From NCBI GenBank assembly GCA_951406725.2, contig OX597824.1, positions 12,090,001 to 12,154,000 on the forward strand: DNA of 64,000 nucleotides. Direction: 5' to 3'. Numbering within the stretch: the stretch's first letter is position 1; each line of letters opens with the position of its first letter. The notes under the pieces were generated by a model, which did not search any database, was not told the origin of the DNA, and saw only the letters and a program-made list of their open reading frames with translations. This document shows, one piece after another, positions 23,501 through 38,500 of the stretch. The DNA is from Octopus vulgaris (taxonomy: Eukaryota). Both the position numbers and the translations under genes were made by a program.

Positions 23501-26500
23501 GCTGTGACTGCAAAGACCCGGAAAATAAAGTGAGTTAGTTCATGGCTGTATCCTACACCAGTTTCGCATAACCAGCCCCAGCCCCAGCCCATTCAAAAGT
23601 ACCTTGGATCGTAGGGTGACCTGCTGTGCTTGAGGAGACCTATTGAGTCAAGTACATCAACATCAAAATAAAAATCAAATGGAAATTGTGGTTGTGATAC
23701 CCTTGCCGGTGGCACGTAAAATGCACATGCCGATTGTGGCTGATGCCAGTGCCGCCATTGACTGCCTTCCATGCCAGTGGCACATAAAAAGCACCAACCA
23801 GTCGTGTCCGTTGACAGCCTCCTCTGGTCACTGTCCTGGTGGCACGTAAAAAAGCACTCACTACACTCACGGAGTGGTTGGCATTATGAAGGGCATCCAG
23901 CTGTAGAAACTCTGCCAGATCAAGATTGGAGTCTGGTGCAGCCTCCTGGCTTCCCAGATCCCAGTCGAACTGTCCAACCCATGCTAATATGGAAAACGGA
24001 TGTTAAATGATGAGATGAGATATATATACATATATATATATATATATACATACACACAAAGGTGTATATATGCAAGCATATATATACGTTTTATTTCACT
24101 CTCTTACTGTGTGTATATATATACGATGAAGGACTGAAATATCTGGTGCCTCGCTGTACTTGAGAAGACCTGTTCTTCACAGCAGAGCTGTTAATGTTAC
24201 TCCCCCTGCAAGAGCCCTGTGTGGGCACCATGTAAAGTGCCCCATGCCAGTACCACATGAGAAAGCACCCATGCTGGTCCCATGTAATACCATCTGTGCC
24301 AGTGCCACATAAAAGGCACCCAGCACACTATAAAGTAGTTGGTGTTAGAAAGGGCATCCAACCGAAGAAACCAAGCTGAATGACTTGAACATGATGCAGC
24401 TGTCCTTGCCACTAAAGTTAAACCATCTAACCCATGTCCGCATGGAAAATGGGACGTTAAATTATGATTTTACACACACACATTCATATTCATACATCCA
24501 TTATCAACAATTTATTTAGCTTATATGTGTTTCCAATAATCTAGCAGAACATGTGTAAGCTAAAGAAATCGTCAATAATGAATCTTCATTCTTTTTTTTT
24601 CCCTAATATACCCTGTCATTAATACACTGATTGTAATTGGTGTTCTATATCTGATTTACAAGTTGCCTCTATTACAAGGAAAGAATAACATACGGATTAC
24701 TATTGTAATAATTAGACAATTTAGTTAGCCCCAGTTCTATTTCTGCAGAGTGCTTTAGTGGAAGTGATTAAACTAACAGTCTAGTCAGTTCACTACATCA
24801 GTGGGTACTTTCATAGATGAGCCCCATGTTTAGTGGATTATTGATTTTTTTTTTCTTATAAAATTAAAATTTCTGCTGTTGCTTACCATTTCATTTCTTG
24901 CTTGTACACTGTTATTATTATTCCTTTGCAAAATGACTTATGTTTACCAACATACCTGATGGTAAAAATGCTTAGTTTGTGTTGTGTTTACCATAGCTTC
25001 AATATGTCTGTTGTACCCACGCACCATTTAGTATCTGTTCTCCATGCCGGCATGGGTTAGATGTATTGAACTATTTATGTAAATTTACAGATTTCCAACA
25101 AATCTAAAACACATAAAATTTCATAAAAATAAAACAGAAAACAAACTCATTACATTTTGAATTACTTAGTGATTCTCTTTTTCTGTTTTTTTTCCATTAA
25201 TCAATCATTTAGTGTTATGTGGGTTGTACTTATCTCACAATATTTCACTACTCATCATGGTATCCTGTTATTTCGTGCATACTGTAGAACTGAAAACGTA
25301 TGTGCTGTGTCGCCTTTTTTTTCCCCCTCCCCTTAAAGCTGAATGTCTTTACTATGAACTAATGTTCTTACAGTATTGATTTGGTATATATGTCACCAGT
25401 ACTAGAGAGGTTGTTCCCAATAAGACAATTCTATTTTCTATTAGTTTTATTTTTTGGCTTGGTTTTTAGTTGGACCCTTCCCTTTATACTTACTGAAAAT
25501 TTAAGGGAAATAGTTTGGCATTATGGGAACCTATTTCTGTTGTACGGGGGAGGCATTTAGTTAGCAAGGGAAGGTGTTACAATAGTGGTTGAACCAACAT
25601 TAAGTTAGGTACAAGTCGGAGTTTAACATACCCATTGCAACTGGACTATGTGGTCAAGGTTGCTGGTGAAGGATGAAAGGTTACTTTGCTAAAAGTGGTT
25701 GAGAGGGCATAGTGTACTGACATTTCTAAACCCTTTTCCATCTTAAGGAAAACAATGAGATAGAGTAAGTTAAATCCTGGAATTAAAACTTACAGTATCT
25801 CAGCTTGGTTATTGGACATATTATAATTAGTTTTATGCTGTTGGTGTTCCTGATTACATTCCTCTTCATCCCCAGTTTAGATTGATATGTGGTATCCATT
25901 TGGATTGTAATGAATTACAGTTATATAAATATTTTACCAAATTTTAAAACTAAATATTAAGATTTAAAAGAAATGTGTTTAAGATGAAAGGTTAATAATA
26001 GTATTATTTCATCATCTTCAAACATCCATTTACCTTGCTGGCATGGGTCAGTCAGTTTGACAGGATATGGAGAACCAAAGGGCTGCACCTTGTTCCAGAC
26101 TTTGGCATTGTTTCTATGGCTGGGTGCTCTTCCTAATACCAACCACTTTACAGTTTGTAATGGGTGCTTTTTGTGTACCTCTAGTGCTAGTGGGGTTGCC
26201 AAGTAACTTGCAGTAATTAAGACTTTAAGATAAAATGGCAAAATAAGATAATGATTTGAAAAACTTCAGTTAAATGAGATTGTCCATGCAATTAATGGAC
26301 AAATACTCCCTTTAGTGGTATTTAAAATCTGAAAAGAATCAAATAAGATAATTGCCTTAAGATCACATATTTTCCTAAAATTTCAATTATGCTGATAGGA
26401 GTGGATCTGGTCTCAACAGGTAAAAACAACTGACATTGCTATGATTTTACTGGATCTCCTCAGTTGGCAAGAAAAGGAGCAAACACAGTAATGCTGGTCA

Positions 26501-29500
26501 TATCTATAATAATAAAAGCAAAATTCTGTCTGTCTGTTTGGGACCCCTGTTTCTCTACATAGACATATACGTTTTTGGAATCAGGATGATCCCAGGATTG
26601 AAAATCTACCCTTCATTTGGTTCTTTAACATCCAGCATTGGGATTCTGATTTAAAAGCATTTGGGTTGCTATTTCTAGTATCTTGGTTGGTGTTTGTCCG
26701 ATGACGTCAGAGATCAAGGGTAAGATAAATGACATTCACTTTGTTAATTTTATATCAAGATAAGAAAGAACTTTGGGACGAATTGGCCGACAATTGGAAT
26801 TTAACTTGGGACCGGAACAGTAGAATAATTGCATTACAGAATTCTCATCTGTCTTTAACCTCTGATCAAACACCACTGGTGCATATAGTCATTATAGGTG
26901 TGTTATAGTCATGCTATTTAGCTCTCTTTAGTTTGGGGCTGCAGACCCAATTAACCCTCCACAGGAGCTAGCTTATAAGTCTGCATGGAATGCAGCTTTT
27001 AAGCTAGTGAATAATATAACTGAATAGGGAAATGTCTTGGTACCATTCTACATATTTGAAATACAGTAGGCTTTCATAATGCGTTGAAAGCCTTGGATTA
27101 ACAGAGATTTATAGACCAGCATAAACTATACAGTTTCCAAAAATCTGACCTTATCTTGTTGCAATTATCTCCTTTATTTTTACATTTTAAACCCTGTTAT
27201 TGAGAATCTTCTTTTCTGCTAATTGCGTAGATAGTTAAAATTTTAGAACACTGTGTTACATATGTGAGGCATTAGTATTTAGTATGCAAAATGCTCTGTT
27301 AAAGTATTTCCTTCAAACATACACAAATAGGTCTGTGTGTTTATTGATTTATGTCCAGTTTCTGTGGAGGGATGGGTTAGGCAATTTTTCTAAAAAAAAT
27401 TTTTTTGCATGTCTTTATGGCCACACTGTCCTGCTCATCTTATTAACTACTCTGTGTGTGTACGTACTTGGTAGTGTTTTATGTGACTGGCTTTACTTGT
27501 GTTACTAATGCTTCTGAGAAAGGCTTGGGTATTACAACTTTTTTCTAACTTTCAGATTTTAGTTTGTTTTGTTTTGTCTTGTATCATTGCTAATGTGGAT
27601 GCATATTTTATCTTGTTTCTCTACATAAATATGAAAACATTAGCAGTTCTTCATTGATCCAATGATCTATGATTATAGAGAATAAGCCAAATATTGAAAT
27701 TTACTTCCTGTTGTAAAATAGAACTGAAAAAAGTGAAGCTTCAGATTACATAACTTGTGTTTTATTTTAAAATTTTCTATTGTAAAAGGAGACTTTCTTT
27801 CTGTGTCCTGACCTCAAGAATTTCCCTAGTTCTGTCATTTTCTTTTAACTTCTAATATTTCAACAGGGTTTTGCAATTTTATTTTTTATTTATACGCCCT
27901 TTTCAAGCCTAGCCAGGCTCATGGGCCCGGTTTCCCTGTTTCTTTGGCGTATGTGTTTCCCCCAGCTGGACGGGATGCCAGTCCATCGCAGCGTTACCCA
28001 AGAAACAGGAAGAGAGAGTGAGAGAAAGTTGGGGCGAAAGAGTACAAACAGGGGTCGCTACCATTCCCTGCTGGAGCCTCGTGGAGCTTTTAGGTGTTTT
28101 TGCTCAATAAACACACACAGCGCCTGGTCTGGGAATCGAAACTGCGAGTCTGCTGCCCCAACTTTTGGGCCATTGCGCCGCCACGGTTTTTGCAGTCAAG
28201 GGTTTAAATCAATTATCAACTTCATGAAATTTCCAAGATTAGAAAAATAACTTGTATATACCACAAAATATATTTATTAAAACCAGTCCCACCCATGCCA
28301 GCATAGAAGGCGGATGTTAAATGATAATGATGATTCTGACAGGAAAGATTAAAACAATAGGCACTGCTTTTCTTTATTTTTCTTCATCATATATCCTCAT
28401 ATTTAATTAACCTGCAAGTTTCATATTTTGTATAACCAAAGCTTTATTTCTTAACAATGATATTGTTTAGTCATGGATAAAGTTGGAATTAATAGACTGG
28501 AGATCTAAGGCAATTCCAGCCATTGTCATTCCATCATTATTTCGGACATTGTGTACAGGATTATGTTAGCTAATGTGAAATTCTACTTTAAATGGCAGGA
28601 TACGATTTAGGGAATATTAGGCTGCTATTTCTAGCAGGTTAATCCACCACATAGATTTGCTTAGTTATCCAAATGTCTTAAATATTTATTCATATGTACA
28701 TATAGTGGTTGTCTTGTTTTTGTTATTACTGCTGATATGTAGAAAACTTGACTATAAAAGTTTAGTATTTTCTAATTTCTCTCTATTTCGCTTGTTATTG
28801 TACAATGAAGTGTATAAGATATGTCCCTTATTTTGAGCTATATTATGGGCTCTGTTTATGGTGTTCAATATTTAGCTCCACCATGGGGTGTCGCTACATT
28901 CTGAGTTCAAATTCTGCCGAGGTCGACTTTGCCTTTCATCCTTTCAGGGTTGATAAATTAAATACCAGTTGCATACTGGGGTTGATCAAATCGACTGGTC
29001 CCCTCTCCCAAAATTTCAGGCCTTGTGCCTAGAGTAGAAAGGATTTAGTTATAGTGTGGCTTGTAAGTAATGTCTAATATTCTACCATACAGTGGGGTGT
29101 ACAGATATCTGGTATTTAGATTTCATACAGTAGTGTTTTGATGTCACTACATTCAGCTTCCTTCATCTCCCACTCTCTTTTTGCATTCATGTGAACCTAC
29201 CTGGCCATTTACCCTATCCATTCCTGTGTACTACTTTGCTTATATACACCACCCTGAAACTTGAGGGTATGCCTGACACATCTTCTTCACCAACTTCACT
29301 CTTTTTTTCTGAGTAGCTGTGTATCTTGTCTACCGTAAAACACCTCTTTCTGTCCCTCCATCACACTCTAGCCTCTTATCACATGGCACAAAACCACCTC
29401 CCTCATTACTCCTTCCCTCCAGTTGAAGTGTCTTGCAAAATACTTAGTGACTTCACTGGTGCTGGTCATACATAAAAAGCACCCAATACTCTCTGTAAAA

Positions 29501-32500
29501 TGATAAGCAGTAAGAAGGGCATCCAGCCATAGAAACTATGCGAAAACAGACTGTAAAGCTTGGCACAGTCATCTGGCTTGTCAGTTCCTAACAAACTGTC
29601 CAACTCATGCTAACATGGAAAGTGGATGTTAAATGAATGATGAGATTATATATGTAGGCATTAACCCTTTTGATACTGTATTTTGAGATACTCTATTTCT
29701 TTCAATTACTTTAAATATACCAAAGAATTTATTAAAATAACTTAGTTATCATTCAGCTAGTGTTAGGAACATAAATTGTGACTAAGGTTTGGTGGAAGAT
29801 TTGAATTAAAAAATTATGAAAACAAGACATTTGTACTCAGAGCCAGAGTCGGTTTCAGCTGTGCTGGTAATGAAAGGGTGAAGAAGGGCATCCAATCATG
29901 CCTAAAATGGTGCATATGAGTCTTGTCTAGCAGGTCAGTAATTCCAGATAAGAACTTATTCAGACTGTGATAACTGTCAAACTAAAGCCAGCATGGAATA
30001 GCAGATGCAAAATGGAGATGTTGATGACGAAGTGTATCAGTGGTGTTCGATAATTAGCACGACACAGGGTATGTAGATAGTGTCTTGTGTTTAATTTACA
30101 TTGGTGTTTTCAGGGTATATAGCATGTTTTTCACATTTGTTGTTTTAAGGGTACAGTAGTATTGTGTTGACTGTATTGTGTTTTGTATGTTAAAAAGAGA
30201 ACCAAAAAAAAAAAAAAAAAACTTATGTCTAGTGTATAATGTCTGCATGTGACTGACTAATATAATAGGTCATGCTTCAAGTTTACAGTTGTAGAATTTT
30301 ATCAACCACACCTCCAAAAAATATTAATACTACAAAGAAAATATAAACAAACTACTTGGTAAAAAAAAAAAATCAACTGAAGTGATGAATAAGAAACTAA
30401 TGTCAATGAACTCAGAAACAACCAGAATGGTTGCTACATATTATGTATGTGTACACAATACTCTGATAAACATGCTGTGTGTCTGGTCTTAGGTGGCAAC
30501 CTTTCAAAATAAATATTAACTCTTGAGTCTGGTAGGGACCAGTTCCTCCTACTTTATAAATGTTGGGGTTTCTGGTTAATGAGAGCTTCTGTTGGCCAGT
30601 ATTCGGTGGCTTGTTTTCAATTAAATTATTTCAGAACTGCAGTGTTAAATATAATATAGCCAATGTGGTTTTCTTATATTACAATTCACATAAAACTGCA
30701 TTAAAAATTACCATGTATACTAATTACTATACTTTCATGTTGATTTTGTTATATTGGCACTTTAGTTGTATAAGAGAGAGTATCATTGACCCTGGAGAAA
30801 ATTTAAGGGATAAAAACATACATTTCTATATTCATTGGAAAAAATTTAGAGGACATGCTTAAAAAAAATTAACTTTTGTGGCCTATACACCAATGAGAAT
30901 CTAGAAAAGCCCACATTGTTAACCAGTATTTATTTTCAACACATTCAGTTTAATAAAAAAAACAATCTTTAGGCTATCTTCCTTTACTTTGTAAACTGTA
31001 AGACCTATTACTACTTATCCCTATAAATTTGAACATACTTTCTTCCCGCCTTTATCCACTCCTGTCTTCTATATGCATTGGGTTAAGAACTCTCTACACC
31101 TACATGTACATCTCTGTTCCCAGTTTGCATATACCATTTCACATCTCTGTCATTGTTCCTTCTCCTTCCCTTATTGGTCCACATTCTTTAGGTCACTGAG
31201 TACACTTTACATCTACTTTTTCAAGGCTCCCCACTTTAACTTTTTATAAGGTATTATTCACACTGTATTCAACTAAATGATCAAAGAAAGTGTAAGGTTG
31301 TAAAGTCCTTGTCCTGTCTGGCTGGTACCATGAGATAGTGCACTAAATACACAGTGTAAAGTTAGCCATGGAAACAGTATCCAGCTGTAGAAACCACACC
31401 ATATGATACATGTACAAGCATCAGTCTTTTGTGAGCAGCATATCCTATGGATGGAGTGGGGTGACTCAACTTGTCCAACTAATGCCAGTCTGGAAAGTTT
31501 GTAAAATGATGATGATGATAGTGGTAGTCATGGGGAGAAAGAACAGCATTGATAGACTCTTTCCAGGAACTCTAAGATTGATGGGAGTAGTTTTCATATT
31601 GTAACTTTTTCTCTGTTTATTTACAGTAATAATTTATTTCGCTAATAATAAGCTTTATGCATTTGCTCCATAGGTCACACTCAACCAAAAAGCTGTTAGA
31701 GCGAGTGTAGTAATGCAAATTTATTTAGTCATTTTTTAAAATGTAATTATTAGATGTTTAATTTTCATATAGTTATATTTAATTCACTTATAATATAATT
31801 TAAGCATTGTCTTATGAGCTATTATTTATATCAGGATTGACATTTGAGTGATATCGTTTATAGCAGATTTATTTACCTATTTCATTATTTCTTTTATATT
31901 TGTGTTCTAAATGTAACTAATATTTTGATTCTTTTCAATCAAAGAATAATTGTTATGCTTTAGGTTGATGGTTACTTTCTCACCAGCACAACATAGTGTT
32001 TACCACTAATATAGCTTACATTTCCAGGTTTAATAGTTAGTGGTATTCAGCTGTAAAAAAATTTGTTTTTTTAACGATTTGTGAAAATGCTTAAGTATGT
32101 AAGCATGAGAAAATGTGTAAAATACTACAGATATCTGATAATGGGTTTTCTGCTTGCATTGCACCAGCTGAACATAGCACAAAACAAACTGTTTGTTAAT
32201 AGAGTTAATTTTGTTTGTAAACATGACAAAATAATTTGGCTTGACAGTTACTGAAGAGTTTATGTAAAACCAGTTTTCTCAAAGGAAATAAATAGAAATG
32301 AGAATAATTATAACCAAATAAATATTTAATATAAAATCTTCCTTCTGCAATTTGAGATATATGACCACTTGAAATATCTGTGGTTTAGACTGGGAAACTT
32401 CTCTTTATGAATTGGGGCTTTCTGTTATATCTAAGAATATTAAATGCCCACTTATTGATGAAATGGAGGTATATCACCTTTGAACATCTAATTGCCCAGT

Positions 32501-35500
32501 GTAGCCAGTTGTATCCACTAAACTTCTTTTTTTGGTTTGCCCATCTATTTTGGACATCCTCCAGGAATCACTGTATTTAAATTGGTGACACTGTCATAGG
32601 GTGTAAGTAAAAACCTGCTTTACTGTAAGTCATCAGTGCAGATCTCATTGACTCAAATATTTATAGGTCTTTGCTTAATAGGGACAGACTCTAAATAATG
32701 GTCAGGACCTAATGACAGCTGTTTGTGATGCAGGTTCAACCAAAGACACATAACTACAAATATCAAGAGAACAATGTCATACAACCTTCAAGGTTGTTAC
32801 AAATGCCAGGTCTTGCCATCATTGATATCACTCTGGGCAATTGCTCCTTTTTAACATGGCAAAGACTGCATCATAAAGACTGGAGTTCCTCTTCATCTCC
32901 TAACAACTACTAATTCTGTGCAAAGCCCAAGTGATACCTTTATATAAACATCCTGCCCAACATCCTCCTAACTGATTGGCATGAAGTCAGCCTCTCCAAC
33001 CTCTAGCCTGCTGTCTCCTCATTGTATTTTCTACCTCTAATAAAGTAACCTCTTCAACTTGAAACTGGCTGGCTGTGGGTAACCCTCCCCCTCATAGGTA
33101 ATCTGGGCCCACTTGTTCATCTTCTTGTCATCCACATGGTCCACTCCACCAAAAGTATGCAGTAACTACTTCACCTAGCCCTTCCTCTGCAGTATGTCAG
33201 TCCTTTATAATCCCTCCCTATCTCATGTGTCTGTAACTTGCAACCTGTTCAAGCGAGACTTCAAGCAGTTTTGGAGGGTCCTTCAGACCAAACATAAAAA
33301 TAATAAATCAGTTAAGCATGAAAAATATGTAGCAATTAATATGAAAACCTGATATATGTTTTAATGGACAACTATAGGAATTTGTCTTACAGTGTACATA
33401 GAGAATACATTGTTATGAGGGGAGAATATGCACATTATATATTTAGTATATAGTTAAGTAGAATATGAGAGAAAAGGACTTAGACTTGCACCACAGGGTT
33501 TCAGGCATACATTCTTGCAAGCCTTTCAAATAAAATGCCTCCTTTCAGTTAGCTAAACTGTTTGAGTTACTTTTGTGCTTTTTTGTTTTTAAGATCATTT
33601 CCTTTATTCCTCACCAAAATTAGATTCCAATGTCTTTGGTTTCTTAGAAGCTCCTGATGGATGTAAGTTTGGGGTTTATTATAGTAACTAACCAAACACT
33701 ATGTAAAGATAAATATTTGGTTTTCATTTGTTAACTTTCTAATATCTAGGTCAAATTGTTAACCACTGTGTGTTGAGTACAGACAATGGTGCCTTAGTGT
33801 GACTAACTTAGTAATTCAACATCTTTAGTTAGTTTTTTATTTCACTTGAGTAAATAATACTACTCTTCAGTGAGGCATGCATGACACAACCTCCTGTTTT
33901 CTTTCTTTCAGCTGTAGTCTTTGTGTCTTGATTGTGTTCCCCAAGCTGACTTTATCATGTCTCTCTACACGATTTTGTGTGAGCTTTTCATCGTCTATAG
34001 AATATATGTCAAAGAAATTTAACTTCCTTTTGGAAATTAGAACAAAGAAACAACATAAAGTTAAAGTTTTTTATACACTGAAACTTTTTAAATGTTAAGT
34101 TTATTTAGAAACTATTTTAGAAGGAGACTTTATCTGAAATGTTTCTGGTCAAAGAAGATATCCTGATCTCAAGAATCTTATTTCTTTCAATTTCTTGTAT
34201 TCTTTTCAACATTTTACTGCGAGTTTCTGCAGTGTCAGTCTTGCAACATGTGGCTTTGCATTATCATGGAGCAGAATTGGGCCACACTGATTCACCAGAG
34301 CAGGCCTCATTTTTTGCAAGTAAGCATACATTTTAGCGAGTTGATTGCAGTAAACTTCTGCTGTAATGCTTTGATTGGCTCCAGAAAGCTGTAATGGACA
34401 ATAATTGCAGACCACCAGACAGTCACAATAATCTTTTACTGATGCAACTTTGGTTTTGGGAAATGTTTGGGGAACTCATCACGATCAAGCCATTCACCTG
34501 ATTGTTTATGGTTATTATAAAGGATCCACTTTCCATCACAAGTGACTATTTGGTCAAGAAAAGGATCATTGGTGTTTCGCAGGAAAAGCATTGAGCACAC
34601 TTCAAAATGCTGAACTTTTTGATTTTCATTGAGCTCATCATGCAGTACCCATTTATAAAGCTTTTCCACTTTACCAATATTCTGCAGATTGCGTGAGACC
34701 GTTGCAATACCGACACCAAGTGCCTGAGACATTTCTCTGACACTTTGATGTGGGTTTTGTACAACAGTTGCTTTCAATTGTTCATTGTCAAGACAGCATG
34801 ACCATCCTCTATCTTCTTCATCTTCAAGGCTCTCATCACCACTATGGAATTTCTGAAACCACCTTCGTACTGTGCAATCACTTGTAGACCCTTCTCTCCA
34901 TTCTCTGTTGATATTGGCAGCAGTTTGGGAGGCATTGTGCCCAAGCTTGAACTCATGCAAGAAAAGTAAGCAAAGGTCCTTTTTGTCATGTTCATAATTA
35001 AGGGCATCTATACTTCAAGAATGTTTTTTCTCTGAAATAAGTAGAAAATTATTAAAGAGCATACATCAGCTATTAAATATGTTGAAATTCACCAAAAATA
35101 TAATTAAAATACTATGATAAATTTGCATTTCAAAACACAACACTTACAGCGGCCATTATTTTCAGAACAACTTTAATGTTACCACTTCCTCTTTTATCCA
35201 CTTCTATTTGCCTTACATTCCCCTAAACTGAGAATCACCATTGTCCACACCTCCACCCATGTTCATACTCTTATGAAACCACCCACCTAGCCATCTCTGG
35301 TTCTTTGTCCCTAATCTTTCTTTATCCATCTTCATATACCTTGAGCGTATCCCCTCCACCATCTTTTGTCCTCTACAGCAAGACGCCTGTTCCTGTCCTA
35401 TTCTGTTTAACCTCTCAGTATCTGGCATAAAGCCACTTCCCTCAATAATGTAACCCCACTCTGTTAAGGGGTATTGTCATGTAAGTTACTTGATGACCTC

Positions 35501-38500
35501 ACTAGTACTGGTTCTACGAAAAAACATCACACACCATAAAGTGGTTGGTATTAGGAAAGGCATCCAGTCATAGAAACTTTGCCAGGGCAGATTTTAAAGC
35601 TTAAGGTAGCTTTGTAGGATATCTTGTAGCATTCTGTCAAACTGTCCAACCCATGCTAGACTGGAATATGGCTGTTGAATAATGATTTAACTCTAGTATT
35701 CAGATCACTGTCAAATGTAATGATTATTTATTCACATTGTTTGAAATTAATCACGCATTATCTTGTAGCTCAGTGTTTTCAACGATGTGATAGTTTATTT
35801 TTAGAATGACATTATAGGGTAGGTGTGAGAGGTCTGATTTGTTCAGATTGAACATAAACAGGTAGAATAAATGGGCTGGATATGGCCAGCTTAAATGCTA
35901 AAGGGTTAAATATGATAACCAGTTTATTTCTTGTCAATTTTATGTTGTCTTAATGTATGTGTAATAATTTCTATTTAAGTAGTGTACAGTCTAGCTTCAT
36001 GTGGATTTTTTGTATCAAGTTCTGTTATTAATCCAGGTGTCATACATTAACTTGTACCTGTATTTGTATATTTGGTATTAATATTTAGTTATATCATGTA
36101 GTGCATTAATGATATCTCATTTTGTTATTGGGTAAACCTAAGGATTTGAGTAGACCTCTAATGAAAGGCATTCCAACCATGACCAGCTTGTCTTCTGTTT
36201 TTAGGCTTAGTGTAATCTGTATGTTTCTTTTTTGAAGGTGGTATGATACAGTTTGAAGATAATTTGGCTGCTGTTTCTACCTGTCAAAACACCATGTAGA
36301 AGCTCACTTATTGGCTTGTTACATTTTTAGTTATACTATGGGGTGTGTGAACCAGTTTTCCTCGTGGGGATGGGGGGGGGATAGAGCAACTGGGCAAATT
36401 GCCATATTTAGACAAAAGATGGTTTTTCAAAAGATGGATAGGTCTTTGCTGTTGACCATGGTAAAGAAAGAAGAATTATATGGATGCAAATTCTATTTTG
36501 TCTTCTCATAAATAGTGTGAAAGTGCCAAAAATGTTACTATTTGTTTTGTGAGAGTGGAGGATGGTGTTTGTCAGTCTGAGAAACACTGGTATAAATTAT
36601 ATTTGATATTTACATATTCCATGGCATATATAGATTGTGTCTAATATTTAGTTATACCATGGGTGTATATTTGATGTGTGATATTTAGTGAACTCTGAAT
36701 GAGCAGACCTATGGCAGTTTTATCTAGGTCTATCTTGACCAGTATATTCTTCCAATTTTAAAGAGTTTGGCTATGATATGTTTATCTGCTATTTCTAGCA
36801 GGTCTAGCAACTGTGTATGGACAAGGCTACTAATAAAATTTTCAAATGCCTTGCATCTGCTCAGGAAAAGCTAAAATTATAAAAATATTGTGCTTGAAAA
36901 GAAATATACCAGTATTTTACTTACTTCTGTATTTATAACATACTAGCTGGACCCATGAAAAATTCACAGAAAACATTAAAAATGTAAGCATCTGTAAACA
37001 GTGTACTGGTGCCATAAGAAATGTTTGTATATTATGACTGTCTATCTTTACGTTCTGAGTTCAAATTCTGCCAAGATCAACTTTGCCTTCCGTCCTTTTG
37101 GGATCAATGAATTAAGTATCAGTTGTGTACTAGGGTTGGTCTAATCAACTGGCACCCTCCCCACAAAAAAATTCGAGCCTAGAAAAGTATATTGTGACAG
37201 TTACAGAATATAGAAAGTAATGACTATATAAACCAACCAAAATATCATAGGCGCAGGAGTGGCTGTGTGGTAAGTAGCTTGCTAACCAACCACATGGTTC
37301 CGGGTTCAGTCCCACTGCGTGGCATCTTGGGCAAGTGTCTTCTGCTATAGCCTCGGGCCGACCAAAGCCTTGTGAGTGGATTTGGTAGACGGAAACTGAA
37401 AGAAGCCTGTCGTATATATGTATATATATATATATGTGTGTGTGTGTTTCTATGTCTGTGTTTGTCCCCCTAGCATTGCTTGACAACCGTCATTAGCGGT
37501 TCGGCAAAAGAGACCGATAGAATAAGTACTGGGCTTACAAAGAATAAGTCCCGGGGTCGATTTGCTCGACTAAGGCGGTGCTCCAGCATGGCCGCAGTCA
37601 AATGACTGAAACAAGTAAAAGAATAAAAGAATAAAGAAAGAACCTGTTACACAACCGTAAACAGAATTACTATTTAACCTTAAAATGCATCATACATATT
37701 CAAAGAACCTTAATGTACAAATTGAAATGCAAAAGAATGAAGTAATAAATGGATTTGTGAATGAAAGTTTGGTAATTGCGTTTATTTCCACCCCATGAAA
37801 CTTATTGCAAACACATTTTAACTAACCTAAACTATACACACACACAAATACATTCATATATATATCTCGAGTTGTACCTGTAATTCAAAGGGGTCAGCCT
37901 TGTATTCTGTGTGAGGCTGAATCTCCCTGAGAACTACGTTAATGTTATGCATGTCTGTGGAGTACTGAGCCATTTGTGAGTTAATTTTATCCTCGTGTGG
38001 TAATGAAAAGTGAAATTGACATCCAATATTTGCTCTGTGTATGTATCTATGTATGAACTTTTCTTTGGATTTATGTATCTACTGTCTCTCCCACTTTGTC
38101 TCTTTCTCTTTCACTCTTTCTCTTTCACTTTGTGTCCCTCTTCTCCTGCTTTTGATTTAACAATGTGTATATGTATCTACTCTTGCAATGTGATAAACAT
38201 TTAAAAATAATACGATCACAGTCACTACTCATTGTCTCTCACTTTCTCACTCCTCCTTTCTCACTCTCTCTCTTACTTCACCTCTCTCGCTTTGCCACTT
38301 TGAAGTAAGTGTGATTCACACAACAGGTAATGTACAAAAACAAAAAGTTAGTGTATTAATATTATTGATGATTACTCATATTACTCTTTCAATCTCCTTG
38401 AAAGTGAAAATGAATTTTTAAAAAATTCTTTTCCAGTTTACACATAATGCATTCTTTAATATTCGAATTAATTTATCAAATATAATGCTTATTGATCCAC

